A DNA stretch of 64,000 bases from assembly GCA_951406725.2 (NCBI GenBank), contig OX597823.1:22878001-22942000 (forward strand), given 5' to 3'. The notes under the pieces were generated by a model. The model worked only from the letters and a program-made list of their open reading frames with translations, was not told where the DNA came from and ran no database searches. Positions within the stretch are counted from its first letter, which is position 1. Each line of letters starts with the position of its first letter. Positions 13,692-29,265 of the stretch are shown here, one piece after another. The stretch is from Octopus vulgaris (lineage: Eukaryota). The position numbers and the translations under genes were made by a program.

Positions 13692-14579
13692 CATTAAAGC
13701 AGGCTCATCAATCACGGCCGAAGTATACTGCAGCCAACTGGATCAAATGATGCAGAAACTTACAAGAAAACAGGCTAGATTAGTCAACACTTCTATTTTA
13801 TTGCAAGACAACGCCAGACCACACATCGCAAAAATGACATTGGCGAAACTACAGGAGTTGGAGTTGGAAGTTCTCCACCACACCTGATCTTGCCCCTAAC
13901 TGACTACCACTTCTTCCAGAATTCGGATAACTTTTTGATAAGGAAAAAAATTTAATTCCAACGATGCTGTTAAAAAAGGCCTTCAAAGGTTTTATTGACT
14001 CTGGATTCTTAAGCTTTTTCAGTTCCAGGTTGGACAAGCTACCGCTGTAATGGCAAAAGTGTATTGACAACATGGGTACATACTTTGATGAATAAAACTA
14101 CTCCTTGTATTTATAAAACATTAGCAAACTTTTTTTTCTTTACTACAAATTTCATAATTGCGAGGTAATATATTATACACACACACACGCATTGTATATC
14201 GATATATATGTCATATACGTAACCTATTTAGTAGATATATAAACCTGGCTAATTTAACTATTTCTCTGTAGATTGAAAAAATTATGAACCTTAATTGATT
14301 TTCAATATACATACATACATGCATACATACATACATACATACATGCATGCATGCATGCATGCATACATACATACATACATACGTACGTACGTACATACAT
14401 ACATACATACATACATACATACATACATACATACATACATACATACATACATACGTACGTACATACATACATACATACATATACATACATACATACATAC
14501 ATACATACATACATACATACATACATACATACATACATACATACATACATACATACATACATACATACACACACGTGTC

Positions 14580-15595
14580 ATATGTCATGTTTCTGTGAAA
14601 GAGATCACTCATGTGATTAGCGGCTGCCCAAAAATGCCGTCGAGGTACTTCCTCATTACAAAAACAATATAAAATACCGTTCGGAAAAAAGACTGTCCTG
14701 AAATAAATATAGAGAATCCCCTTGTTATTGAATACGTACACAAATATCAACGCAAGAAATACTATTGGAACATTCCCACCAAGACATCTATCTGTCAAGC
14801 GTAAACATAACAGGCTGGATATTGTTGTTTGAGACAGAAAAGAAAAAGTATGTACCATCATAGAGGTCAGCTGTCCTGTTGATGTGAATATCTCTTTGGA
14901 AATCAAAGAGAAAGAAGATAACTATGGACAACTGCTTCGAAACCTTCTGATTCTATATCCAGATTGTATATTTACGTTTATACCAATAATAATTGGATTA
15001 ATTGGGTTTGTGAAGGCGCGTGGCTCAGTGGTTAGAGCGTCGAGCTTACGATCGTGAGGTTGTGAGCTCGAATCCCGGACCGGGCTGCGTGTTGTGTTCT
15101 TGAGCAAGACACTTTATTTCACGTTGCTCCAGTTCACTCAGCTGTAGAAATGAGTTGCGACGTCACAGGTGCCAAGATGTATCGGCCCTTGCCTTTCCCT
15201 TGGACAACATCGGTGATGTGAAGAGGGGAGGCCGATATGCATGGGCGACTGCTGGTCTTCCATAAAACAACCTTGCCCAGACTTGTGCCTTAGAGGGTAA
15301 CTCTCTAGGTGCAAACCCATGGTCAGTGTCTGACCGAAGGGGGTCATAATTGGGTTTGTAAGTCAACTGTCAGCCGGAAAAGCTTGGATTTTCAGAAAAA
15401 GAAATTAACTAGCTGATTCACACATTACAAATACCATCCGTTAGCAGAACAATAAAGCTATACAAGACCTTTCTCAGGTTTAAAATGTGACATTGTTTTC
15501 CTTATCTACATTCCAATGATGGAGCTTTGTGTTTTTGTTAGAAACCAGCTCCTTCTTGAGAGGAAAGATTTAAATGATTAACAACAGAAGAGAAA
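14580..15595 (+). mobile_element. 3' fragment of an R4/Dong-like LINE interrupted by a SINE
   Basis: Motifs EITHVISGCPKM, KHNRLDIVV, IEVSCP and EKEDNY. Homologous to 16800-17640. Confidence 0.7.
15012..15346 (+). mobile_element. tRNA-derived SINE
   Basis: A-box TGGCTCAGTGG and B-box-like GCTCGAATCC, then a GTGTTCTTGAGCAAGACACT central domain. 13-bp TSD TAATTGGGTTTGT at 14999-15011 and 15347-15359. Confidence 0.85.
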
Positions 15596-15954
15596 CATAT
15601 ATACATACTTGCATGCATGCACACATACATAGATACATAGAATGCCTGGATTTTTACGGCTGCAATGTCTTGTGTTATTTCATTCTACAATGTGTCATTG
15701 CAATGTAAATAATACTTTTAAAAAATTAATAAGAAAAGTGTATATCTGTTGCACATAATAAATACACTGTGTTCGAAATGATATATTTATCAGAATTATA
15801 AATTTCATGCAACAGATTAGCCACCAACTGCATGCTTTATTTTTCACACGGAACGCCAGGTATTCTTCTGATATTATCCGAAAAAGAGACTTACAACAAC
15901 TTTGAGAAAGTTAAAAAGCGAAAGAGAACATACATAGTCAAGATAAATTTTGAT

Positions 15955-17640
15955 ATATGGTTGTGAAAGGGGGGGAAACTATAAACCAGACTAGTAACAT
16001 CTCCATCAATGATTTGACTGTTTCCCCTGTATCTGACGAGGAATGTTACAGGTATCTAGGGGTGGATGAAAAAATATCTTACAATGGCATCTGTAATAAA
16101 ACACGTGTCACTAAAGAAAATTACAACCGAATAAAGAAAATTTAGACCACAGAACTCTCTGCATTCAATAAAACAGTGGCCCACAATGTTTTTGCAGTGC
16201 CAGTACTCATATCAGCATTTGTGCTGCTTGATTGGACGTTTGATGAGATCCGAGCCATTGATGTGAAAACCCGAAAAATACTAACACGCACATAATTTTC
16301 ACATTAACAGTAACGTAGACCCCTCTACCTAAAACGTAAACAAGGCGGCAGAAGCTTAACATCAATCCAAAATGCCTTTGAATGTCGCATCATATCCCTT
16401 TGGCAACAGCTTTTAACCAGCAAGCGTCGACGTGCATCCCTCGCCCAAGTTTGCATACATGACATCATTAGACTTGGAAGGCAGCTCCTTGAGCAACTCT
16501 CTTTGTCTGATAACCTAGAATACATGCCCAAAGAAGTCACACAACTCTACCACAACGTATCCTCAATGAGAGAATGAGCCTATATGAGCAGAAGACTACG
16601 CATGGATATGTTAGAAAACTTCGTGATGATAGTAATATCGATCATCAAAGTAGTTTATCATGAACGAATAACCGGATTACTACCTCCCACTTTGAAAGGT
16701 ATGCGTTTGCAATCCAGGAACAGGAAATATCAACCAAGTACCTGATGCACAAAAGGGATAGAGATGCGGGAAAAGCCGTAAATTGTGACAACCAACGCAG
16801 ACTTTGTGGAGTTCACACTGAAGATATCACCCACATCATAAGCAGTTGTCCGAAAATGTCATCACGTTATTATTTATCAATGAGACATGACGTTGTAGCT
16901 AGGACACTCTATAATGAAATCCGTCAGAAGGATGATACCGAGGACAAAGAAATAAAATCCCACAGTATAGTAAAAACCATAACCACTCATAATAAAAAGG
17001 AATACTGGTGGAACGTACCAGTGAAGGCCTCAATAAGATGTAAACACAACAGACCTGATATAATTATTTGAGACAGAGAAGAGAATCTGTGTACAGTTGT
17101 GGAAATTAGCTACCCAGCAGATGTTAACATAAAGCTGAAGATCAGCGAAAAAGAAAACACCTATGCTGAACTATTGAGAAAAACCTGCTGTTACTCTATC
17201 TAGATTACAAGTTCAGGTTTATACCTGTAATTATTGGGGCCCTGGGATATGTAAGACACTGCCTAAATACCAATCTTGTGAAATTAGGCTTCTCAAAACC
17301 AGAAAGGAGAAAGCTGATTCAAAGACTACAGACCCAATCCGTCACAGGTACTATGAAAATCTCTAAAACTATCCAGAAGTTTATCGTTTAAATATACATG
17401 AGCATGTCTAGATTTGCAACTATATGCATGAGAAGACATACGCAAAACATACATACATACATACATACATACATACATACATACATACATACATACATAC
17501 ATACATACATACATACATACATACAAAAATACCCTGTTGTTGATGTTGAAATTCCAATGAACGAACCTTAGATTTAGGTTAGAAACCGGTTCTTTCTCTA
17601 TTGGCAAGAAATCTTGAAATAAACCCAATAATGACATACA
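15955..17640 (+). mobile_element. 3' half of an R4/Dong-like RLE LINE
   Basis: Motifs YRYLGV, LYLKRKQGGRSL, FAIQEQEI, RLCG..EDITHIISSCP, RHDVVA and HNRPDI. Ends near (CATA)n. Confidence 0.8.
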
Positions 17641-18369
17641 AACATTCATCCATACATATACCTTATGTCAGGTTGATTCCAAACGCAGATAAGATCCTCC
17701 TGGTTAGTGACTTCAATGCCCGAGTTGGTTGTGATCATGAACGTTGGGAAGCATGGTCTCGGCAGGATGAACAGTAATCGTTTTCACCTTCTTCAGTTTT
17801 ACACTGATTTGAACTCGTTTGCAATACAGTTTGTTTTTTTTATCAGATGAATGCTCATAAGGTTAGTGAGATACACCCAAGGTGTGGAAGCCGTCAAGTA
17901 CGAAGTTGTGTCGTAGATTACACCAGTGTTGCTATGATGACGGATTGCAACCTTTGTAAACAAGAAATTAAATAATAAAGCGGGAAGTAACAAGAACAGT
18001 AATTGTTACTCATACAGGTGTAAGACCCGAAATTTGGAAGATATTTTTTCAATTAAATCGATTCCAGTGCTTGACTTTGATCGACTCAGCGCGGGGAGAT
18101 GATGAAAGGCAATTTTGTCCTCGGCGAGATTTGAATTCAGAACATAAAGAGTCAGAACAAATATCTAGAGGCGTTTTTCCCGATGCTCTACTGATTCTAT
18201 CAATCTATTGCCTTTCTACTGTCTTCAATCATGAAAAACATTGAATAATGTAGTTCAAGATATCTCATAAAATGAATGCATGGGCATGGCTGGGAAGTCT
18301 TTAATCATTAGGCCTAAAGGATCAGGGTTAACTTGGAAGATGCACTGGGAGTGGGAGTCATACAACATA

Positions 18370-20010
18370 GGCCTCCCTTGTCACTTTTGCATCCCGCTGA
18401 AACTGGACATAAAAAAAAACACCTTTAACAGCTTGAAACGGAACCACACCTTGGACACATGTCAAGACGTGTTCCCTCACTACACACACTTGCATACCTC
18501 TCCTATGGAACATCCAGCATACACATGGCCGCTTCTTTCAAGGATGTCCAGCAGGGTGACCCCCTTCATCCATCTTTTTTTCGTTGACTGTCGATGGATT
18601 TGTTCAATCAGCCCCTCACCTTTTAGTGTCTGGTACCTGGATGACGCGACCTGGGGTGGCTTGACGGTAGCTGGGGACCCTCAGCATGTCCTCCTAGCCC
18701 TAAACCTCCTTGAGCTTGGAATCAACCCGACCAAATCGGAGGTGATAAATGTTAGCTATGGTGATGCCGAATTCCCAGGACACTGTACTCAGCATCCAGC
18801 CCGTTTTGGCGGGACTCGGCTGATGCCAGGGGATGCCGTCTGCATTCTTGGCTCCCCAGTCCTTCCGAAAACCATAACGTAGTGTCTGGAGACAAGCTTG
18901 CGGACTTGTTAAGGATAACTGGGAGATTGCGCCTCATTAACGCGCACCCTGCGCTCTCCCCCTTCAGGAATTGCTTTGCCCTGCCTAAGCTCCTTTTCCC
19001 GCTATGCAGCGTGCCATGTCATTCTCTCACAGATCGCCACAGCAAAATCGATACCACCATCTGGTGCTGGGCTGAACTGATCTCCAATATTAGTTTTGAC
19101 TGTACCGGCAGGCAGGCAACAGGCCAAAATACCTGTTAAATTCGGTGGCTTCCGTTTCACTGTAGACCTGGCTTTGCCGGCCTATCTTTCCACAATGTCT
19201 TCCAGCTGCACTCTCATCGGTGAAATACTCTGCGAGATGGCTTCACTCAGTGAGGCCCAAGAACTGGAGTCAGTTCTGACCGATTGAACCATTGAAAGCC
19301 TTGCCGTCCTCCAGAATGCAAATGTCCAACATAAGCAGGACGACATCAAATGCAAATCAGCCTTTAGACAGATTGAAACATTCTTAGACAGGAACCGCCT
19401 AGCCTGCCTTAGTTCCTCTTCGCAGCCAAATAGCCCTCCCGTCAACCGGTACTATTCTTGATGATGAGTGCACTCATATCAGAAAGGCCCAGCCCCTCGG
19501 TCTCCGCGTGTGTAAGCCGCACAGATGCCGTTCTGGAATGTAGTTGATGAATTCAGCCTGCATCCATTATCTTGCAGTCATAGTGTGGGCCGGTTCCCCC
19601 GACATGCCGTTGTGAACGACATAATTAGAAAAGATTCCCGTCCGACTGGAGCCAGCAGGTCTTGACCACGTGGCTAGTAAACGCCTCAACGGGGAAAAAA
19701 AACTCTTCCCATACCAGGAAAGTAAATCTCCAATATGGGCTTCGACACGTTCTTCGCCTCCATCCTGCATCACCACAAACCATAATATCACCGCCCCTAA
19801 CGCAGAAGAAAGATAAATACAGGAGATGACCGCCCGCTATTCATTTGTGCCGGTTGCTTTCGAGCCCTCGAGTGTTCTTGGACCCCGTACTATTAATTTC
19901 CTCCGCAAAATCGAGATAACTGCGGCCCGTCTTAGAAATGAGCCCCGCGAGGTGGTGTGGTTGTTGTAGCGTGTGTCGCTGGCTATGCTTCGCGGCAACG
20001 TCTTTGCAAT
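18370..20010 (+). mobile_element. CRE-clade non-LTR retrotransposon remnant
   Basis: Motifs VQQGDP, WYLDDA, GINPTKSEV, ILGSPV, PVKFGG, DLALPAYLS, RHAVVNDII, FVPVAFE and SLAMLRGN, spread across frameshifts. Confidence 0.75.
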
Positions 20011-21932
20011 TATGACCGCGAGGCACGGCTGAACCCGCCATTTGATCCGGGATGTACATGTTACTCTCCACCCCTTCCCATCTTTTACTGTTTAATTCCT
20101 CCACTTTTTCTTTTTCTTTGTTTCCTTGATGAAGTTGTTCTGGGTCCTGGTTTTTCTTCTTTTTTTTTTTTGTGGGGGTGGTTTCGATAATTCGATCTTT
20201 TATGCCTTTAATGGGTTTTTTTCATTCGTTCCTTCCTGTAGAAATACAAAATGCACTTTCATTTCTATCCTCTCTGAAAGTCGCCGCCGGCGAGATTTGA
20301 ACTCAGATTTAAATGTATTTATAAGTAAGGAAATATCGGAAATCATTTTGTCCAGGTAGTCTAATGATTCTGGAAGCCACCGAAATATAAGACATGAATA
20401 ATAAAGAACCAGCAAGAGGAACCTCTATGTGGTCGCTCAACATGCTAGAAATCGGAGTCACATCTTAGAAAATACCGCGTTGGATAACCTGATCCTCAGT
20501 TTTCTATGGATAAGTAAAAGACTGGATAGTCACAGTTGGAATGCCTTTTATCATAGACCTGCTCGGTCAAGGCTGATTTGGTGCTAAACAACAATAGGAA
20601 TAACAATTTTTCTTTTAACACAAGATCAATGGTGGCATGTGTGTGGAATAGTATTGCGTGTGTGTATGTGTGTGTGTGTATGTGTGTGTGTATGTGTGTG
20701 TGTGTATGTGTGTGTGTATGTGTGTGTGTGTATGTGTGTGTGTGTGTGTGTGTGTGTTATGAGGAGTAGGTGCCATTGTAATAGCTGTAGAAGAGACATA
20801 AGAGAGTACACAGGTAATTAGTGAGATAATGTTTGTAAGGGTTTGATGTGTGAAGTAGCGGTAAAAAAAAAAAGAAGGATAAACTGTAAGGGAACAATGT
20901 TTGCAGCATTTCAAAAATCAGTCCTATTTTCACTTGATTAGGCGCTATTATATTCTGTTGTAGGATTTCGAGATAGCTATATCTCAAACTAAATGTTTTA
21001 GTGTCACAAACAACACCAGTGAAAAATGAGAGATTGTCATCGATGTTTTTGTTTTTTTTTTAACTCCGAATCGATCTTGAGCCATCAGATTTATAATCAA
21101 AAACATTCTGGTCGTAACCAACAGCATTTTTCTTTTTCTTTTTTCAGTCATAGTTTAGCCCTAAAATACATTATCCAAAATGTTCTTTTTCGAGACGATG
21201 AGCGTAGTTTGATGGGTAACCTGCCTGTTGTTTCTAGCAGATCGAGAGACACGTGGAGGTTCCTTTGCGGGCTTTGTTGGGGGAAGGTCCCTCGTGGTAA
21301 CGAAGTGAATTGATATTAAAAACAAAAAATCCTGTGCTTTTTACGTTTCGTGTTTTCACGGGACGAAACAGGGTGTGACATTCATGCTTTCTGCGAAGGT
21401 TTCGGCAGTTTGAAAGTAAAGGGAATTAGGGTTTTAACAAGCGAGAATCGAAACCGTCTCGTGAACAGAGCGAAGCCGGTAGCTTAGTTGTCGCCCACCC
21501 GGCCGCTCGCTCACCGTTCACTAGTCCGCACGGCCTACAACGGCTTGCACACTCAAGAAATCAATAATAATCATACTGATAGTAACATCAACAATATAAG
21601 GACAGCAACGTCGGCAGGCGCAGCAGAAGAAGGCAGGGTACAGCAGCACCGGTAGCAACAACAGCAGCAGCAGTAAAGAGAAAGCAATTATAACAGGATA
21701 CGTCAAGTTTAACATCGGGATTCGCAGTTGTGGAGTAACCAACTCATCACGTTCCAACTATTGTATGTATTTTTAGTACGTACAAACACCATACTGTATT
21801 TTTTCTCTATCTTTTTCTTTGTAATTTCTCTCTATATATCTAGCTATTTATATATCTGCGTGTCTATATGTCAGTGTTTCAATCAATCTATCTATCGGCG
21901 GGTCTTCCTGTCTCTTTAGCTGTTTGTCCATC

Positions 21933-21973
<41 letters not shown>

Positions 21974-22596
21974 GCTTGTCTATTGATCTGTCTTTCTAGT
22001 TATTTACCGATGTATATTTTTTTTTGCCCATCTACTTAGTTGACTGCCTATATATCTATCTACCCGTCTCGCCTGTACATCTATCCGTCTGCTTATCTTT
22101 ATATGTGCTGTCCTACCTAACCATCTGTCTCTCTTATTTCCCCCCATTTATATAATCAACACGACAAATTTATAACGATATATTATGATTATTTCTGACA
22201 CCTCTTGGCTCTTTATTTTATAAACATTCATTTGACAGTCTCTACATTTTATTCACCTACCTCTGTTTATATTATCGTCCATCCTCTTAAATAATTCCCC
22301 TGTCTACCCCGGGTATATTCCAGTGGACCTTATCTAATACATCATACGAATTCTACTGTTTGGTGGTTGGCTCTGTATTAGATAAACACACTGGTTTTAA
22401 TATATCTGTAGACATTTTCGGAGAAATGTTGCGAAAGTAACCATTCTATAATATTAGTCTTTCACTCTGCGTGGTACATGTCTGTCTGTTTGTCTCTCTA
22501 CTTCTCTCTCTTTCTTAATAGCCCTGCCTTTCTTTCTTTACACACCCCTTATTAAATAGCAGCTTCCCTCCATACATTACAGCTTTCGCATGTAAA

Positions 22597-22628
<32 letters not shown>

Positions 22629-22934
22629 CATAAATTGTAGATACATACCTGGTGGTAAGTATGCGTGTGAAGTACTGAGTGTGCTGTAACCTGACCAGAT
22701 TGTTATTTTTCTGGTATTGCTTTCGACTTTTGTTCCGTCATATATAATAAACATTTATCTATCTATCATTCTCTCGTTTTATACACACACTCACAAACAT
22801 GCCTACCTACCTATATGTCTTTCCGTTTATCTATGCATGTTTGTCTACCTGTGTTTGTTGGCGTGTCATCCAAGCCATCTGTGTATCCATTTGTCTGTTT
22901 ATCAGTGTGATTATTGTGTTTCCTTTTCATCCCA

Positions 22935-22974
<40 letters not shown>

Positions 22975-23106
22975 ACGCACATACGCACACACACATTTCT
23001 CTTCATTATCAATCTTTCATTGTTTCCAGCAGTCTTTGTATTTTTCCTTCACTCGCTTTATTTTTGTTTTTGAATCTTCTTTCAAATGTATAACACTCCA
23101 CGCGCG

Positions 23107-23141
<35 letters not shown>

Positions 23142-23407
23142 CACACACACACACACACACATAACCACGCACGCATACACTGACACGCGCTATACTTCCG
23201 CAGTTCTTGCTACGAATCTAATTATTTTAACGCTTTCTCTTTCGTATAATTTTCGATAATTTGTAGAAACTGTTATCAATTTCTATTTCCCCCACCCCCA
23301 TACACACTCAACCCCCATCCTTATCTCCACCTCTTTTTTACATGATAAATAGTATTATCTTCATTAACCGGTCTGGGTGTTTTATCTGTAACGCGGTGAT
23401 GTCCTAC

Positions 23408-23525
<118 letters not shown>

Positions 23526-23657
23526 GTGTGTAAGCATACACGCCACAACCTTCGTTGCACTTCTTACAATTTCCAGTTACACGTTTATTGTCGTTCGTTT
23601 CACATCTCTTAGTTTAAATAAAATGAAATCGCTCCGCATTTTCGCTTTTAGTATTTT

Positions 23658-23726
<69 letters not shown>

Positions 23727-26104
23727 TTCCTCGTCTAAAAACAAGAGCACGGAAGAAATTAGTAAAGAGATCGACGTGGTGAAAACACAAGAAAAGGAAA
23801 TCTTGAAAAAACAGACACGGTTACATTCATGAACAAGATCAGAAACAAACACGCTTACACTCACACAAAAACTATTGCTCACACATGCATTGAGAGATAG
23901 TGCGTGTGCGTTACATACGTTACATACTTGCTTACAGAGAGATATTGAAAGAGACAGACAGAAGATAACAGATGTACAAACAACAAAGCCACTGGGATAA
24001 TCACATAGTCAGTCACTTATATACACACAGAGTAGCTTTCTTATTTTGCTAAGTATTTCTGGTGCCAAGCTCTTCAGAGAGATTCTTCTCTCTCTCTCTC
24101 TTTCCATGTATTTCTCCTAGTTATCCATACCCTTCTCTTTACATCTGTCTCTATGGCACTCTGACACTTTATTTCTGTGACACACGCTTTTTAGCTTTCT
24201 AAAGCAGCCTACTCCGTTTATTAGCTTTATCTTCTATTTCTCTCTTTTCATGTTTACTAATTTACTCCCTCTTATTACACTCGCTGTCCTTACTTTCTCT
24301 CTCTCTTGTTATATGAATTTTTGCTCGCTCTCCCTCTTCTCACTCCGTTTCTTTCTCTCTTTCAAGATGACCACTTGTCTGGTGTGCAACAGGAAAATAG
24401 AACGACTGACCAGCAACAAGATTCAAAGAAAGAAACGGATTAAAACTATGAATAAAACAACAAAACATTAGCTGAAAAGGGGGAGATCGCTGGAGATGGT
24501 TCCATATTAACTAAACACATCAGCTTGTTAGTTGTCTGTCGTCTCACCCAAGTTGTTTCTTCTCACCCACTTTGGTATCTTTCAACCAAGGAAAACCTAT
24601 ACAAACTTACGAACCGAACCGAAACAAATCAATTGATTTGGAAACACAATATACTATTATATCAATAATGGTTTGATACATTTTTGAAGTGAGAGAAAGA
24701 ATTTAAGACAGAAGGCTAATAAATCCATTTAAATTATTAAAAACAAAGATATTCAGGAGTGCTCCAGCAAGGCTTTACAATTTGTGATCGCTAAAAAAAC
24801 TACGATTAAAATGAAAACGATAAGAGTAAATGCATGAAAAAACGCAAACAAAAATAGTATAACAATATGTAAAACTAAATACATATTTACAAAACTGTAT
24901 GAATGTATTTGATAATAAATTCATAAATAGAGAAATAATATACATATCAACTACCACAGGAAATGTTGATAAATCGAACAACTGTTTGGGTTTCGATTTT
25001 CAGTTTTAATCACTATACTTTCATCGCTAATATTTTGGGAAAGGCATGAATATTATATAATCATGTTTGCTTTACCCTAAATAATTAAAACCGTGTTTGA
25101 TATTTTTATTCTTGTAAGTTAAAATATGAAGAAAAAAAGATCTTTATAACATTTATATAGAAAAAAATAAACGGATATTTTCATATTTTTCATTATTTCT
25201 CCTCATGATTGGAGAAGCGAAAGAAGTGAGAAGCAAAGAAAAAAGATAAGCAAACGACAATGCGATAGAAAGCGTTAAATGAATTCCAAGTGAAATGGAC
25301 TTTAAATAATAAGAGACAAGAAATGTAAATTTTTTTTAAGGAAACCTTATTTATTTTTTATTTTTTCTACATCTCTATAATTCTACAAGTAAGAACAGAT
25401 AAATATATACATATATATATATATGACTGAATATATGCATGTAATATATGTGTGTGTGTATATAGGTTTGAAAGAAATACATCGAATAAGTAATCTTTGC
25501 TTAGGGAGTCGGCAGGTGTGTGCGTGAGTGTGTGTGTGTGTGTGAGTGTACATACGTGTGTGAGTGTGTACATAAGTGTGTAAGTGTGTGTGAATGTATG
25601 CCTGTGTGTATGTGTTATTCTCTGTAGTGTTACTGTGTTGTGGTTGTTTTTTGTTATCCTCAACAATATTAACCACATCCCGTCACACACAAATACACAC
25701 ACACCGCTCGCAACTTGGTCTCGCTTGGCTTAGCACAGTTCATTGATTAGCTAGCAAAAGCCACCTCTTTAAGGGATGTTTTTTTTTTTTTTGTCCTGTT
25801 TGTTTAGAAATTACAATTAACTTCTTAGCTGGTTGAGTAACAAACTTCTTAATAATAACTGTAACAATTGCAACGGACGATCACACATGCATACGCAACA
25901 GCTGGTGCAGCTCAACAATAATAACAAAAAAAAATAATAAATATAAATAAATAATAAAAATAATAATTGTAGAAAACGCAAACGACATCAACTATAACAA
26001 CAATAAAAAAAACAACAATATTAACCACAATTTAAAATGTCAAGAATTTCTTGCATAACAAATAGCAAGCTACACATAACATAAAGTAACTATACTTAGG
26101 GTAG

Positions 26105-26144
<40 letters not shown>

Positions 26145-26668
26145 GCTTATTTATTTATCACACACACACATGGCATCTCGCTTTCCATTCTGAGACAAGT
26201 TCAAGTTACATTTGTACCTGGCATGCACGAACAGGAGTTTCTCAGTTACCAAATGTTTGCATCTTTCGAATGATCTCCATCCAGCCACCCAGTTTAAATA
26301 TTGGCCCCGCTCAGTACATTCTATAAACCATTTCATTATCTCCGTCACATTCTTCTGTCTATATCGCTGGGATTTTATATATATATATCATATATATATA
26401 TATATATATATCATATATATATTTTTTCTGTTCTACTTCTTTTGTTTCACGCACGTTTGTTAAACATAAATAACTATTTATGTTCATAGATATAAGGATA
26501 CATACCAAGTATATATAGATTAGTGCGCGAAAATATATATAAATACGCATACATATTTATTCAGAAATGCATGTGATAATATATATAATTTGTTATTTCA
26601 CCTTAATTCTGCTGTGAAAAAAATAATTTACAAAAAAATCATGCATATATATCGATAATTTATATACG

Positions 26669-26729
<61 letters not shown>

Positions 26730-27204
26730 TATATATATATATATACACATATATAGAGAGAGAAAAATCCAGTATACAAAGCAAGTGCTAAAACTAAAGA
26801 AGGTTATATTATAAAGGAAAACTTAAAACTAAGTGATTTTTAAATCCAAAACGCAAATATCCATTCTAAAATTCGACTCTCAAATCCGCAACAGTGATGA
26901 TCCAACATAGAGGGAAAATTCCTGGATACAATCCTTAAATCACAGAAAGCAATCCTGAAAACTCCCAAACAGTATTTGAAAAATCGGAAGCAAGGTAAAA
27001 TATCAAAAAGTAATTATCATCAATAAGAGTTAAACCAAACCAAACGAAACCCGACACAAAGTGAACTCTGTTTTCACAAAATCCCTCCAATACACAGGTA
27101 TATACCCATTAAACACATACACACGTCAACTCCATCACTTCCTTTGAGGAAAGAAAAAGAAAAAAGCTACACAAAAGCTGAAATCAAACCAGTACCAATG
27201 TTAG

Positions 27205-27504
<300 letters not shown>

Positions 27505-27781
27505 TAGTCCTTGCATTTTCTTTGATTCATTTTTTGTTGTTATTGTTTGTTTGTTTGTTAGTTTGTTTGTTATGTGACTAGGAGGAATAACCAGCAACTA
27601 TAAAACTTTGCACGATCTCAGAAACTTGTTGTTGGTGCTGCTGATGGATCCAGGAAACATGGGACATTGCAGCCGAAAGTTGAGCGTCAAGATATCCAGT
27701 TGATCCGAGACTTGGACTGAACACTTGCAACTGAGTGGACTCCACTCACATAACAGGAGAAAATATCTATTCTGACGAAGA

Positions 27782-27838
<57 letters not shown>

Positions 27839-27968
27839 TAATCCAAACGGGAAAACAGAAAAAACAACAACACGTGGAACAATTACAGTATTATTATTAT
27901 TAGGCGCTCATATATATATATATGTATTTATTTATGTATGTATGTATATGTATATATATATATGTGTG

Positions 27969-28026
<58 letters not shown>

Positions 28027-29224
28027 CTACTATGTCCATTATCTCAGCTTTCTGCATTCTCCCTAAACCAAGCTGTTGAGTAAAGTTCATAATAAAGTTG
28101 ATACTTAATTTGAGGTTTCCAATTTAGATAAACATTTGTTGAATCGCACCATTCAAACAACCTTGTCGGACAGTCGCCAAAACGAAAATGGCGGTTCAAC
28201 CACCCTTTAATTACATTCAACCATCTTAAAAAGATGACACAACATATCAGGGGTGGACTGAGCCGTCGGTCAATCTGAGGGGCCTGCACTCTACAGTTAT
28301 ACCCGAGGGCCCTTAATACTCTTAGTTCGCCTCTGCAACACATTGTACTGTAGTCCTAGGTATACTACATCTTAAGTACAAGATGAGATGGTCAACGTTG
28401 CAACACTCTTGATTATAGTTCTGTTCAGTCAGATCTGACACGGTTCTAAATAACGAAACCACCACGTTCCAACTCAAGAACATCTTACTTTGTCGCTCGA
28501 CCAGCAAAACACGAGTCAAATTTCCCTTAAATCACTCCCGACCATCTTTTATGAAATGATGTGTTGTATATCTAGAACTACTTTATGTATGGGATAAAAT
28601 ACGGATGGTCAGTCATGCAAATTTTTTCTTGGTCATAGGTCTATCGTATCAAGGATGTCTTGGGACACAAACATCAACCACAACAGTTGTCATTTGGAGT
28701 TAGAATTAGGATACGGGTTTAGAATTTAAAATGTAGGTTTATGTGGGGTTAAAGCCATTGGGATAAGTATTGAGGGAACAGTATTTGTTTCAAAACAAAT
28801 TGTATTTACAGACTTATCTGTTGAGCAGTCGCAACACAGTCGAGTAGTTAAGGCGTTCAGTCTTGAAATTATGATGTCTTTATTGTCGGTCATTCTACAT
28901 GTTTATCTTCTACCCCAGCCTCGAATTGATCAAATCCATAACCAGCCTTATCACACTGCTTCTACCTGGGGAGTTCATTAGGGTGTGTGTGTCTGTGGAA
29001 TACTCAAACACACAATTATTCACTAAGTAATAAATTCATTTAACCAAACAACTGGGATGTTCATCCGTCGATACCAACGGAGGACCCTTTTATATATATA
29101 TATATATATATATTATCTTGTCTATACAACAACATGCAATGTTGTTTATGTGACTCAAAAAAGAAATGAGTGTATGGACACAGAAACACACACACATACA
29201 CATGCGCGCACGCACACTCACACC

Positions 29225-29265
<41 letters not shown>

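Larger units (their letters stand above)
12160..14168 (+). mobile_element. Degenerate mariner (Hsmar1/cecropia-like) interrupted by two insertions
   Basis: Motifs MDKSEIR, WVPHKL, TCDEKWIQY, LLQDNARPH and a PDLAP..DYHFF-like stretch. Degenerate TIRs contain TATGAAAT(A/T)TGTAGTAA. Confidence 0.9.

Noticed and set aside
15012-15090. tRNA gene
   Set aside because: The tRNA-like head runs into a SINE body with a TSD.
27765-27790. CTGACGA hammerhead start
   Set aside because: It is cut by a (TA)n tract and has no matching GAAA or stem III.
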